From NCBI RefSeq assembly GCF_017876815.1, contig NZ_JAGIOS010000001.1, forward strand, positions 180,001 through 212,000: 32,000 bases of DNA. Reading direction: 5' to 3'. The notes under the pieces are model-generated. The model was not told the origin of the DNA and did not search any database. It saw nothing but the letters and a program-made list of their open reading frames with translations. Below are positions 1-7,883 of the stretch, one piece after another. Both the position numbers and the translations under genes were made by a program. This DNA comes from Sinorhizobium meliloti (GTDB lineage: Bacteria > Pseudomonadota > Alphaproteobacteria > Rhizobiales > Rhizobiaceae). Positions within the stretch are counted from its first letter, which is position 1; the number at the start of each line of letters is the position of its first letter.

Positions 1-414
1 GTCGGCTTCACCGGCGACTACACCACGGCCGTCTGGTTCGGCAATGACGACTATACCTCCACCGACGAAATGACCGGCGGCTCTCTCCCGGCGATGACCT
101 TCAAACGACTGATGGACTATGCCGAACAGGGGATCGAGCACCGCGCGATTCCGGGCATCGAAATCGCGCCCGCCAAACCGGCGAAGGAGCGATCCGCCGA
201 AACTGCGAAGCCGGACGAGAACGCCCTGCCGCCGCTCGTGCGGCCGCGATCACTGTCCGCGGACGTAACCCGGCTGTTGAAAAGGATCGGCGACACATTC
301 GAGAAAGCGCAACCGCTCAAGGCGCGCGAAAGGCCCGGCGGCAAGGTGGCCGTGCTCGAGCCGACGGATCGAGGCGTGAACATGCGGACCATGCCGGGCA
401 CGACAAACAATTGA
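1..414 (+). CDS. Class A penicillin-binding protein (PBP1A-type transglycosylase/transpeptidase), C-terminal fragment; the 5' end lies outside the window
   Basis: Frame 1 is open from base 1 to TGA 412-414. The translation VGFTGDYTTAVWFGNDDYTSTDEMTGGSLPAMTFKRLMDYA resembles the end of the transpeptidase module of class A PBPs and is followed by a Pro/Ala/Lys-rich tail. Confidence 0.75.
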   Translation, partial: VGFTGDYTTAVWFGNDDYTSTDEMTGGSLPAMTFKRLMDYAEQGIEHRAIPGIEIAPAKPAKERSAETAKPDENALPPLVRPRSLSADVTRLLKRIGDTFEKAQPLKARERPGGKVAVLEPTDRGVNMRTMPGTTNN

Positions 415-511
415 CTTTGCAGTCAGAAATCCGTTCTCTGGCGAACAAGCCGAGCGGCGCCCCCACGAGCGCCGACAGGGTAAACGACGCAACATTCGAT
501 AGAGCTGCCAC

Positions 512-1099
512 TTGTTTCGAGTTCCCCTCCTTGTCGCTCTTGCCCTCATCGTCGCGTTCGGCGGCGGAATCGGGACGGCCGTGTGGGCGCTGAAGGCGAC
601 GGTCGGTTTCGGCTCGATCGCAATCGGTCCTTGGGTCGCTTTTCCCGAAGCGCAGACCGTCTCCGCCGATCCCTATGCCAAGGCGCACCGCGCCCGGGCC
701 GGCGAATTGCTCTATGGCGGTGCCGAGGGACTGGCATTTACCGCGCTCACGGACGATACCGGTGCGCGCCTCTCGGCCGCCTGCTCCTATGACGTTTCAG
801 GTATGACGCCGCCGGCGCGGTTCTGGACCCTTTATGCGGCGGCGGCGGACGGGACCGCGCTGATGCCGGGTGCGGAACTGCCCTCCGCAATCAATTCCTG
901 GACCGTCCTGCGCGCCGAGGACAGCCGTTTCGTCATTCACGTTTCCCCCGCTGCCCAGCCCGACAACTGGCTCGCGATACGGCGGACGGGCAGCTTCGCG
1001 CTCGTGCTGACCCTTCTTGACACGCCAACGGCAGGTTCCTCCGGCCTGATCGACCTCGCAATGCCGAAGATCGTAAAGACCGGGTGCGGGCATGCGTAG
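512..1099 (+). CDS. Membrane-anchored conserved hypothetical protein, DUF1214-like
   Basis: 195-aa ORF with a TTG start and an N-terminal TM helix (LLVALALIVAFGGGIGTAVWAL). The SADPYAKAHRARAGELLYGG region is typical of the small proteins found next to PBP1A genes in Rhizobiales. It overlaps the next ORF by 8 nt. The family name is recalled, not searched. Confidence 0.7.
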   Translation: MFRVPLLVALALIVAFGGGIGTAVWALKATVGFGSIAIGPWVAFPEAQTVSADPYAKAHRARAGELLYGGAEGLAFTALTDDTGARLSAACSYDVSGMTPPARFWTLYAAAADGTALMPGAELPSAINSWTVLRAEDSRFVIHVSPAAQPDNWLAIRRTGSFALVLTLLDTPTAGSSGLIDLAMPKIVKTGCGHA

Positions 1100-1637
1100 C
1101 ATCATCTTCGCCATTCTCGTCGGTCTCGTCGGAGCGGCGCTTCTTCATATCGTGATCATACTCGCCCTGCCCCAGTTCACCGGCCGCGATGCCTATACGC
1201 GCGTGCTCGGCCTGCTCGAAATGGACAGCTTCTTTCCGCTGACGGCCGAACCGGGACCGACAGGCCTGAACAACGCCGACCCCTTCCTGCGTACGGCCGT
1301 CTGCAGCTTCTCGGTGGCGGATGCTCCGGCCCGCTTCGTCGGGCGCGGCGACGTACCCTTCTGGTCGCTTGCGATCTTCGACAGCGGGTCGAACGAGGTC
1401 TTCAGCATGAACGACCAGACAGCCGTCAATGGCGATCTCGATCTCGTGGTCGCGACACCGATCCAGCTCGTCGAACTGCGCAAGTCGCCACCCGAAGCGC
1501 TGGCGCAATCGATCATGATCGAGATGAAGGACCAGGAAGGTTACGCGGTTCTTCGAGCCCTGGCACCTCTCGACAGCTTCGAGGACCTGGTCCGCACTTT
1601 CCTTGCGGAGTCGAGGTGCGAGCCCTTCCAGCGGTAG
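1092..1637 (+). CDS. Membrane-anchored conserved hypothetical protein, DUF1254-like
   Basis: 181-aa ORF with an ATG start inside the stop region of the upstream ORF (overlap 1092-1099). It has an N-terminal TM helix (IIFAILVGLVGAALLHIVIILAL). It is the usual partner of the preceding gene. Confidence 0.7.
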   Translation: MRSIIFAILVGLVGAALLHIVIILALPQFTGRDAYTRVLGLLEMDSFFPLTAEPGPTGLNNADPFLRTAVCSFSVADAPARFVGRGDVPFWSLAIFDSGSNEVFSMNDQTAVNGDLDLVVATPIQLVELRKSPPEALAQSIMIEMKDQEGYAVLRALAPLDSFEDLVRTFLAESRCEPFQR

Positions 1638-1743
1638 TGCGAAGGTAACGACAATTGGGGGAGACTGAAGTCGAGGTGGTCGAAGTTGCGCGGCGAACGA
1701 CCGCACCGCCCGGACGGGCGCTGCCGGCGCTTTGCCCGCGAGT

Positions 1744-1914
1744 TTACTGCTTCTTGGCCTGGCGGCCAGCCGGGGCAGTCGGCTGCGGTCCGCGGCCGTC
1801 CAGCCTTTCGTAACGGATTCCTGTGAAGAACAACACCTTGGCGCCGCCCTTCCCGACAGGACGCCGTCGAGGGCGTTTGACGATCCGGTCCTGCATTCTG
1901 ATTACGTCTGCCAT
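1744..1914 (-). CDS. Small basic conserved hypothetical protein (56 aa)
   Basis: The internal ATG at 1914 is preceded by GGAGAC 7 nt upstream; the longer 81-aa ORF start has no such site. The product is MADVIRMQDRIVKRPRRRPVGKGGAKVLFFTGIRYERLDG..., and the FTGIRYER motif resembles small Rhizobiales proteins I recall. A perfect CtrA box lies about 200 nt upstream. Confidence 0.55.
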   Translation of the reverse strand: MADVIRMQDRIVKRPRRRPVGKGGAKVLFFTGIRYERLDGRGPQPTAPAGRQAKKQ

Positions 1915-2115
1915 GCTCGTCTCCATAGTCTCACGAGACGGATGAACTACCGTACAGATTTCACCCTGCCCGTTTTCGGGCTGACGCATTTTCCGGGTTT
2001 CCGGACAGACGCGCCCTTCTCACTCACTCCTTCTTCCGGTCACCCGGATGTCGTCCGTTTCGGCATAAGAGGCGAGGCGATAATAGCCGCCTTGTGCCGA
2101 TTGAGCCACAGCCTG

Positions 2116-2131
2116 GTTAACCATTTGTTAA
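2116..2131 (-). promoter_or_regulatory. CtrA-box candidate, TTAA-N7-TTAAC with no mismatch
   Basis: The minus strand reads TTAACAAATGGTTAAC. The plus strand of the same site contains TTAACCAT (2117-2124). A further TTAACC lies at 2148-2153. Confidence 0.5.
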
Positions 2132-2202
2132 TCCAGACCACGACGCATTAACCTCGCGCAATCCTCAATCTTGGGGGATTTGCAAATCCGGCAGTCCGTC
2201 CG

Positions 2203-2487
2203 TCAGCGCCTTGCAATCAAACCGAAAAGGAAAGCTACGCCGGCGACCGTCAGCAGCGTCGAAATGGGTTCTTCCCGAACGCGCTCCCGGACGCGCTGCG
2301 TCATCAGTTCCGCTTCCCCCTGCACGACCGCCTTGGCTCCGGTGCCGATGGCCGAGACGGTCTCCGTCAGCCGGGCGATCTCTGCCTTCAGTTCCTGGAC
2401 CTGGGATTCCAATTCGGCCTGTGCGCCGGACGTCCGCGTTTCGGCACCCGTCTCTGCGCCGACTGCCGCCAGATTCTTCTCCGCCAT
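2203..2487 (-). CDS. DUF883 / YqjD-ElaB family membrane-anchored (ribosome-associated) stress protein
   Basis: The ATG at 2487 is preceded by AAGGAG; the ORF-track start at 2505 has no SD. A coiled-coil region (ELESQVQELKAEIARLTETV) is followed by a C-terminal TM anchor (ISTLLTVAGVAFLFGLIARR). Confidence 0.8.
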   Translation of the reverse strand: MAEKNLAAVGAETGAETRTSGAQAELESQVQELKAEIARLTETVSAIGTGAKAVVQGEAELMTQRVRERVREEPISTLLTVAGVAFLFGLIARR

Positions 2488-2641
2488 CTCTCCGCTCCTT
2501 GCCATTCCGGGATCACCCTTTGCGCGATTTCAACGCGTCGAGGCCGGATTGGTTCCCATGGAGGGACGACGCAAGTTCAACGGCGGCAGGAAGGCCGGCG
2601 ACGATCGCCGACCCTGGAGTGAAGCGACCGAATCGCAGCGC

Positions 2642-3286
2642 CTACTCTTCGCAGCGGAAATCGCCGGCATCGCATTCCACGATGGTTCTCTGACCGTCGT
2701 AAAGGCGCTCGCGACGCGACTGTTCCCGTTCAGCCCCCTCGATCCTGCGCCAGCGGTCATCGTCACTGCCGCGCTCCGGTTCCCATTCGCGCCGCTCTCT
2801 CTCCCGGTCATGCTCCCAGTCCCGACGTTCCCGCACCTGGCGGCGTTCCCATTCGGGCCGGTCGCGTTCACGCTCGCGATCCCAATCGCGGTCATGCCTC
2901 CAACGGTCGCGATCGCGATAGAAATCACGCCCGCGGTAGTTGCGATCCCAATAGCTGTCGAACTCGAAGACGACTGTCGGGATGCCGAGCGGACGATAGT
3001 ATTCCGGCTCCACATAGACCCGACTGCTGCGATAGGCGGCCTGCACATACCGGCCTGCCACCCATCCCCGCCCGCCGTAGAAGGAAACGTCGCACCAGGG
3101 GCTTTCCGACAGGCAGCCGTGGATTTCCACCGATTCGCCGACCGGAATGACCGTTACAGCCGGATAATATGTACTCGGTCCCGAGCGCATATTGACATTG
3201 GCAGTCGCAAAACCTTCGGCCGCCGATGCGGCCACGGGCATGAGCAGCAGCGCACAGGCAGCCGCCCGCAGAAACATTTTCTTCAC
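2642..3286 (-). CDS. Secreted bacterial SH3 (SH3b) domain protein with a highly charged Arg/Asp/Glu/Trp-rich C-terminal region
   Basis: Signal peptide MKKMFLRAAACALLLMPVAASA. SH3b-like core ANVNMRSGPSTYYPAVTVIPVGESVEIHGCLSESPWCDVSFYGGRGWVAGRYV. The tail reads RDRDRWRHDRDWDRERERDRPEWERRQVRERRDWEHDRERERREWEPERG. Confidence 0.8.
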   Translation of the reverse strand: MKKMFLRAAACALLLMPVAASAAEGFATANVNMRSGPSTYYPAVTVIPVGESVEIHGCLSESPWCDVSFYGGRGWVAGRYVQAAYRSSRVYVEPEYYRPLGIPTVVFEFDSYWDRNYRGRDFYRDRDRWRHDRDWDRERERDRPEWERRQVRERRDWEHDRERERREWEPERGSDDDRWRRIEGAEREQSRRERLYDGQRTIVECDAGDFRCEE

Positions 3287-3553
3287 AAATCAACTCCCAC
3301 ATGAGAGGCCGCAGCCCGACTCGCTTCCGGCGTTTGCCGTCGATCGGATCAAATGGGAGCGCTTGTGGACTTTTTATGGCTAAGGAACGCGGCCTTCCGC
3401 TGCAGGGGCGGCTCGTCACCAGAATGACGCAAGCCTGAATAAAGCCCCAACGTCCATAGTTAATGCTGCGCTAACGATTTCGATCTAGTTTTAGACACGT
3501 GTGTCGTTCCGAACCATCGGAATGCCGTCATGCTTTGCGTTTTAGGATATGTC

Positions 3554-4585
3554 GTGACAAACCGGTTTCGTGAGTTGGAACGGCCGCAGACGGGGCGGTT
3601 GAAGGACGTCGTGCTGATGGCGACCGTCACCGGCTTCGAGAGCCTTCGGATTCCAAGCCGGTCCGACATGAAGCAGTTTGCCGAACTGTTCGAGCCGCTC
3701 TTCCTCGGCTCCAGCAACGAGGCCCGCCGGCAGGCGGCGGCGGCGCTATCCCAATGCCCCCACGTGCCGGAGCCGGTGGCCCTGCTGATCGGCAGCATGC
3801 CCATTTCGATCGCCGCCGCCTTCCTCGCCCGTGCGACAGCGATTTCGGACGGCGTGCTCATTTCCATCATTCGCCAACAGGGGCCGGGCCACGCGAACGC
3901 CATTGCCCGTCGGGAGAACCTTTCGCCTTCGGTGATCGACGTGCTCGTCGAACATCATCAGTCCGCTCCCCTCCCCGCACGGCTTCACGACGGCGCCAGT
4001 CGCCCGGTGGCGAGCGATCCGCAGACGGCTGCCGCAGCCGTCGATCGCGAAGAAAAGCTGCGCGCGGAAATCAAGGCGCTGGCGCGCGTCGGAACACAGG
4101 AGAAGAACGGCACACTGCCGATCCAACCCATCAGCGAGCTGCATTGCGCGCTGCTCGTCCGTTTTGCGCGCAATGGCGAAACGACGCGCTTCTCCACGGC
4201 CCTGGCAGACTCGCTCGGAGCAAGCCGCGCACTCACCGACCGTATATTGCTCGATGTTTCCGGCCAGCAACTCGCCGCGACGCTCGCAGCTCTCGCCTTC
4301 CCGGCGGACGAGGAAAGCCGCGTGCTCGAGGGGCTCTATCCCCACCTTTCCGAAAGAATCGGCGGCGGCAACCGCGCCGAAGCACTGATCCGAAGTCTCG
4401 ACCGGCAGGCGAGCGGCGAACGGGTGGCGTCCTGGCTTCGCGCCGATGCAAATGGGGCGAAGCCCTCCCGGCATGAGAGCCTGCTTGCGGAAAATCGAGC
4501 CGCAGACCCGCGCCGGCACGAGGCGCAAACGGTTGCGCGTCAAAGCAAGGCCGTCGAACCAAAGCGGGGCTTCGGCCAGCACTAG
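3554..4585 (+). CDS. DUF2336 domain-containing conserved hypothetical protein
   Basis: The ORF is open from ATG 3530. GTG 3554 (VTNRFRELERPQTGRLKDVV...) is preceded by AGGA at 6-nt spacing and matches the N-terminus I recall for this family. The start is uncertain (3530 or 3554). The stop is TAG 4583-4585. Confidence 0.7.
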   Translation: MTNRFRELERPQTGRLKDVVLMATVTGFESLRIPSRSDMKQFAELFEPLFLGSSNEARRQAAAALSQCPHVPEPVALLIGSMPISIAAAFLARATAISDGVLISIIRQQGPGHANAIARRENLSPSVIDVLVEHHQSAPLPARLHDGASRPVASDPQTAAAAVDREEKLRAEIKALARVGTQEKNGTLPIQPISELHCALLVRFARNGETTRFSTALADSLGASRALTDRILLDVSGQQLAATLAALAFPADEESRVLEGLYPHLSERIGGGNRAEALIRSLDRQASGERVASWLRADANGAKPSRHESLLAENRAADPRRHEAQTVARQSKAVEPKRGFGQH

Positions 4586-4840
4586 ATCACGATGATTTTA
4601 GCTAGGTCGGGTCGACCTAAAATCATGAACGTGATCGATTCTAATGGGATGCTGTGCTCGTCACAGGGATCCAGCCAGACCAGGTCCTTCGGCTGAAAGA
4701 ACGCTTCCCGCGCCGCAGACGCGGCGCTGCCCTCATCTCTGTGACAAGCACAGAGATGAGGGCGAGGAGAAGCGCCATCATCCATCTCGCAGCAGCCGTC
4801 ATAAACTCCAGATGAATCTCAACAGGCCTTAGACCAGATC
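4583..4840. repeat. RIME-like intergenic mosaic element, copy A (long palindrome module, 119-bp core with three hairpins, and terminal module C)
   Basis: Core 4652-4770 is 114/119 identical (hand alignment) to 17720-17838. Hairpins are CTGTG/CACAG (4652-4666), GCGCCGC/GCGGCGC (4710-4727) and a perfect 13-bp stem (4731-4761). A roughly 55-nt imperfect palindrome lies at 4586-4640. Module C (4814-4839) matches 17660-17684 in inverted orientation. Confidence 0.75.
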
Positions 4841-5164
4841 GAACAGGTCGCTGCAGTCGTCGAGTTCCAACTCTACGATCCAGCAGTCCGGGTCGAAGCG
4901 GATTTCCGAGGAAAGCGCCCGTTCGACGGCTTCGGCTTCGACGCCCCGCAATCGCACCTCGAAGCGGCGCGACGTATCTCCGTCCTCATCGAAGAAATTC
5001 TGCGGCGCCGGCGCGTAAAGCGTCTCGTAGCCCGATCGTCCGCGCTGCCGGATGAAGATCGCGCCGGCGTCCTCCGCTCCCTTGCGCAGCACGGCCGCAT
5101 ACCCGCCGCGTCCAAAGGCGTTCCGCAAAAGCGAGGAGACGAAAATGTGGGACTTCAGGCGCAT
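4829..5164 (-). CDS. DUF1491 family protein
   Basis: 111 aa from ATG 5164 (MRLKSHIFVSSLLRNAFGRGGYAAVLRKGAEDAGAIFIRQR...), the N-terminus typical of DUF1491 proteins of alpha-proteobacteria. The TAA stop lies inside repeat module C. Confidence 0.8.
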   Translation of the reverse strand: MRLKSHIFVSSLLRNAFGRGGYAAVLRKGAEDAGAIFIRQRGRSGYETLYAPAPQNFFDEDGDTSRRFEVRLRGVEAEAVERALSSEIRFDPDCWIVELELDDCSDLFDLV

Positions 5165-5250
5165 GCAAAGCTGATACACGCGCCACCGGCGAGATGCAAA
5201 CGGAGCGACCGACCGCCAGTGGTGCGCAACTGCTCCTCTTGCTCTGGCCG

Positions 5251-6210
5251 TTAGAGCGCTCCGATTTCCTTAAGCTTCTTGAGAACCTTGGGGTTGGGCT
5301 CTCCGGTCTGAGGAAGACGATAGTGTTTTTCGAAGTGACGGATGGCTGCGCGCGTCTGATCGCCGGCAACGCCGTCTACGACGACATCCGCATAGGCGAG
5401 ATTGCTCAGCCCCTTCTGGATGTTCATCACCATTTCGCTCGACACGGGAACCTCCGTGCGAGGGTCGAGCGCGTTGCCCTTCTCGGCGCTGCGGATGGCA
5501 GCGGCAACCGGATCCGCCTCGGCCGGAACAGTCTTCGGGTCGGAATAGGGCCGGTTGGCGGGCGTCGCAACGGCCGGCGGGGAGGCGCCGGCGTTGCGCA
5601 GTGCCCGAAGCAGATCGGCACTCGGCGCACCGGTCTCCATACGGCCGGCCTGCTTTTCGAAGCGGAGGATCGCCGCCGAGGTCTTCGGACCGCTTCGGCC
5701 GTCCGGCGCTCCTTCGTAGAAGCCGAGCCTTGCCAGTTCCTTCTGGATGTCCGCAACCAGCGTCGAGACCGTGCTACCGTGCGCATCTGCTTCTGGTACG
5801 TCCTGCGCCGGAAGCGACGCGTGCCGTTCGTTGGATCCGGCCGTTGCCGCATCGCCTGCTTTCGCGTCCCCCTCCCGCTCTATGACAAAGGTGGTAACAT
5901 CGCGCTGCTCGACCGGCTCGCCTTTGGCGGCCGCAAGGCGCTCGGCCACTTCGGGACTGACGAGGGGCACGCGGGTACGCAGAAGCGGCGAGGGATGAGT
6001 ACCGTTCTGGTACCACATGGCGTTTGCGGCGACGAAACTGAAGACGACGGCAAAGATCGCCGACCCGCCGGCGCTCACCGGATGACGCGAAATCAGGCGA
6101 CCGGTGAGCACGAGGCCACGGCCGACGACAGCGAGTCCGCGCAAGGCAAGACCCGCTCCGCGCCGCGCCGCCCGCTTGCGCTCAGGCTGTTTTCGCTTGC
6201 GCGGCGCCAT
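5251..6210 (-). CDS. Peptidoglycan-binding (PG_binding_1, two copies) membrane-anchored protein
   Basis: ATG 6210 is preceded by the purine-rich GGGAAGGGGGAC. It has a basic N-terminus, a TM helix (AIFAVVFSFVAANAMW) and two PGRP-like repeats (IQKELARLGFYEGAPDGRSGPKTSAAILRFEKQAG; IQKGLSNLAYADVVVDGVAGDQTRAAIRHFEKHYRL). Confidence 0.8.
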   Translation of the reverse strand: MAPRKRKQPERKRAARRGAGLALRGLAVVGRGLVLTGRLISRHPVSAGGSAIFAVVFSFVAANAMWYQNGTHPSPLLRTRVPLVSPEVAERLAAAKGEPVEQRDVTTFVIEREGDAKAGDAATAGSNERHASLPAQDVPEADAHGSTVSTLVADIQKELARLGFYEGAPDGRSGPKTSAAILRFEKQAGRMETGAPSADLLRALRNAGASPPAVATPANRPYSDPKTVPAEADPVAAAIRSAEKGNALDPRTEVPVSSEMVMNIQKGLSNLAYADVVVDGVAGDQTRAAIRHFEKHYRLPQTGEPNPKVLKKLKEIGAL

Positions 6211-7777
6211 GTCCCCCTTCCCTGCCAATTTCTCCGGTGTGGAGAGCCTCGGACAGCGCCGGCACTCCGGCTTCCCTCTTTCCGTCTGCGTGCTGCTTCA
6301 ATCGCGGCGGGAACTCCACTGTGACGGGCGCATCCGCGCACTGCCTTTCGGCCGCGCCGGAGGCGTCGCTGGGAATGGTTACGACGATCACGGTACCCTC
6401 CCCTTCGGCGCTGCGGATCGAAACGTCGCCGCCATGCAGTTCAGCAAGTCCCTTGACCAGCGACAGGCCGAGACCGGTACCCTCGTAGCGGCGGGTATAG
6501 TCATTCTGAATCTGGACGAAAGGTTGGCCGAGCATTTGCAGCTTGTCCGCGGCGATGCCGATTCCGGTGTCGCTGACCGTTAGCTTCAGCATGTTGCCTT
6601 CCAGCGCGGCATCCACCGTGACAAGCCCGCCGCGGTCGGTAAACTTGATGGCGTTGCCGATGAGATTGATGAGGATTTGCTGGAAGGCGCGCTGGTCTGC
6701 ATTGATTTCGCCGACCGAACGGGTAACGCGGCTCGTCAGCCGCACGCCTTTTTCGCGCGCCTGGTGCGACAGCATGGCCTCGCAGGCGGCGATCGCCTCG
6801 GCGACACGGAACGGTTCGAGGAGAAGCTCGTAACGGCCCGCTTCGATCTTGCTCATATCGAGCATCGTGTTGACGACCGAGAGAAGATGCGTGCCGGACT
6901 GATGGATCAGCGACACGTATTCGCGTTGGCGATCGTTTTCGAGCTTTCCGAAATATTCGCCTGCAAGCACGTCCGAAAAGCCGAGGATGGCATTGAGCGG
7001 CGTGCGCAGTTCATGGCTGACGGCGGCAAGGAACCGCGTTTTGGCATCGTTGGCCGACTCGGCATGTGCTGCCTTGGCCGCCGCCTCTGCCTGCAAACGC
7101 GCCTCTTCGGAGACATCGCGAGACTGGGCGACAATCGCAAGGAGATTTCCTTCAGCGTCTCGAAGCGGCGTCATCTCGCAGTAGATATGTGCGAATTGAG
7201 GGCCATCCGCCGACGTCCGTTCGAGACGGATGTCCACGGCAGAACGCTCGCTGTCCAGGCGCAGCGAATCGATCGCTCTCAGGAAGGCGATGCGATCCGA
7301 CACATGGATCTGCTCGATGAAGCCGCGCCCATGCGGATCGCGCATCAGTTTCAGATACTCACTCGCATCGCGCCCGTGGACAGACAGGACGTGGCCCCGG
7401 GTATCGTGGACGGTCACCAAACCCGCAAAGAGATCATAGGCCGCATTGAGATCGGGCAGTTCCGGTGCAGGCGCGAATTCCACCTCGCCGTCCGTCGGGA
7501 ATTCTCGGCCGCCGGCAATGGCTGCAGCCGCGGCCAACAGGGACGCCGAGGCCCAAAGCGCCGCTCCCGCCGGCAGGGCGGCGGATACGGGCAATGCCAG
7601 CGTCAGCGCGAGAGGGACGATCGGCAGCGCGGTCAAGGATACGGCAGCGACGGCACGCAGGCGTCTGAAGTCGTGACGCGCAATAGCTGAGCCCAGGCCG
7701 CCGCGCGGCAGCCAAGGTGCGGCCGCTTCATCCACGAGGGATGTCCATCTGCCAGCCATGTCACGCAATAAATTCAC
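6182..7777 (-). CDS. divJ: Membrane-bound PAS sensor histidine kinase, DivJ-like (cell-cycle kinase of the DivK pathway)
   Basis: N-terminal TM segments, a PAS-like region, H-box AVSHELRTPLNAILGFSDVL, N-box NLIGNAIKFT, G1 DTGIGI and G2 GTGLGLS. Its position two same-strand genes from mucR and the pha2/mrp operon matches the S. meliloti order I recall (pha2, mucR, divJ). The histidine-kinase call is solid; the divJ assignment rests on recalled synteny. Confidence 0.8.
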   Translation of the reverse strand: MNLLRDMAGRWTSLVDEAAAPWLPRGGLGSAIARHDFRRLRAVAAVSLTALPIVPLALTLALPVSAALPAGAALWASASLLAAAAAIAGGREFPTDGEVEFAPAPELPDLNAAYDLFAGLVTVHDTRGHVLSVHGRDASEYLKLMRDPHGRGFIEQIHVSDRIAFLRAIDSLRLDSERSAVDIRLERTSADGPQFAHIYCEMTPLRDAEGNLLAIVAQSRDVSEEARLQAEAAAKAAHAESANDAKTRFLAAVSHELRTPLNAILGFSDVLAGEYFGKLENDRQREYVSLIHQSGTHLLSVVNTMLDMSKIEAGRYELLLEPFRVAEAIAACEAMLSHQAREKGVRLTSRVTRSVGEINADQRAFQQILINLIGNAIKFTDRGGLVTVDAALEGNMLKLTVSDTGIGIAADKLQMLGQPFVQIQNDYTRRYEGTGLGLSLVKGLAELHGGDVSIRSAEGEGTVIVVTIPSDASGAAERQCADAPVTVEFPPRLKQHADGKREAGVPALSEALHTGEIGREGGHGAAQAKTA

Positions 7778-7883
7778 GCCTTGCCCTGCCGAATTTGTCG
7801 TTCTTGCGAGGCATTTCCGGACCGTTCCGCGTCGTCGCGGACGACCGCCTCGTGATGACCCGAATCTCGCACCCCCGACTTAA

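Noticed and set aside
933-1706. 257-aa minus-strand ORF
   Set aside because: It is antisense to the overlapping DUF1214/DUF1254 gene pair.
2171-3304. 377-aa plus-strand ORF
   Set aside because: It is antisense to the DUF883 and SH3b genes, which have SD sites, a signal peptide and recognisable domains.
4582-4832. Small ORFs inside repeat copy A (67 aa minus strand, 62 aa plus strand), and the analogous ORFs at 17608-17919 and 17722-17913
   Set aside because: They are translations of the palindromic repeat core (PHLCACHRDE..., LDPCDEH...). The same peptide appears at both repeat copies only because the DNA is repeated. They have no SD and they span hairpins.
5194-7690. Plus-strand ORFs of 376 aa (5194-6324) and 337 aa (6677-7690)
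   Set aside because: They are antisense to the PG-binding protein and the histidine kinase. They are Arg-rich and show no motifs.
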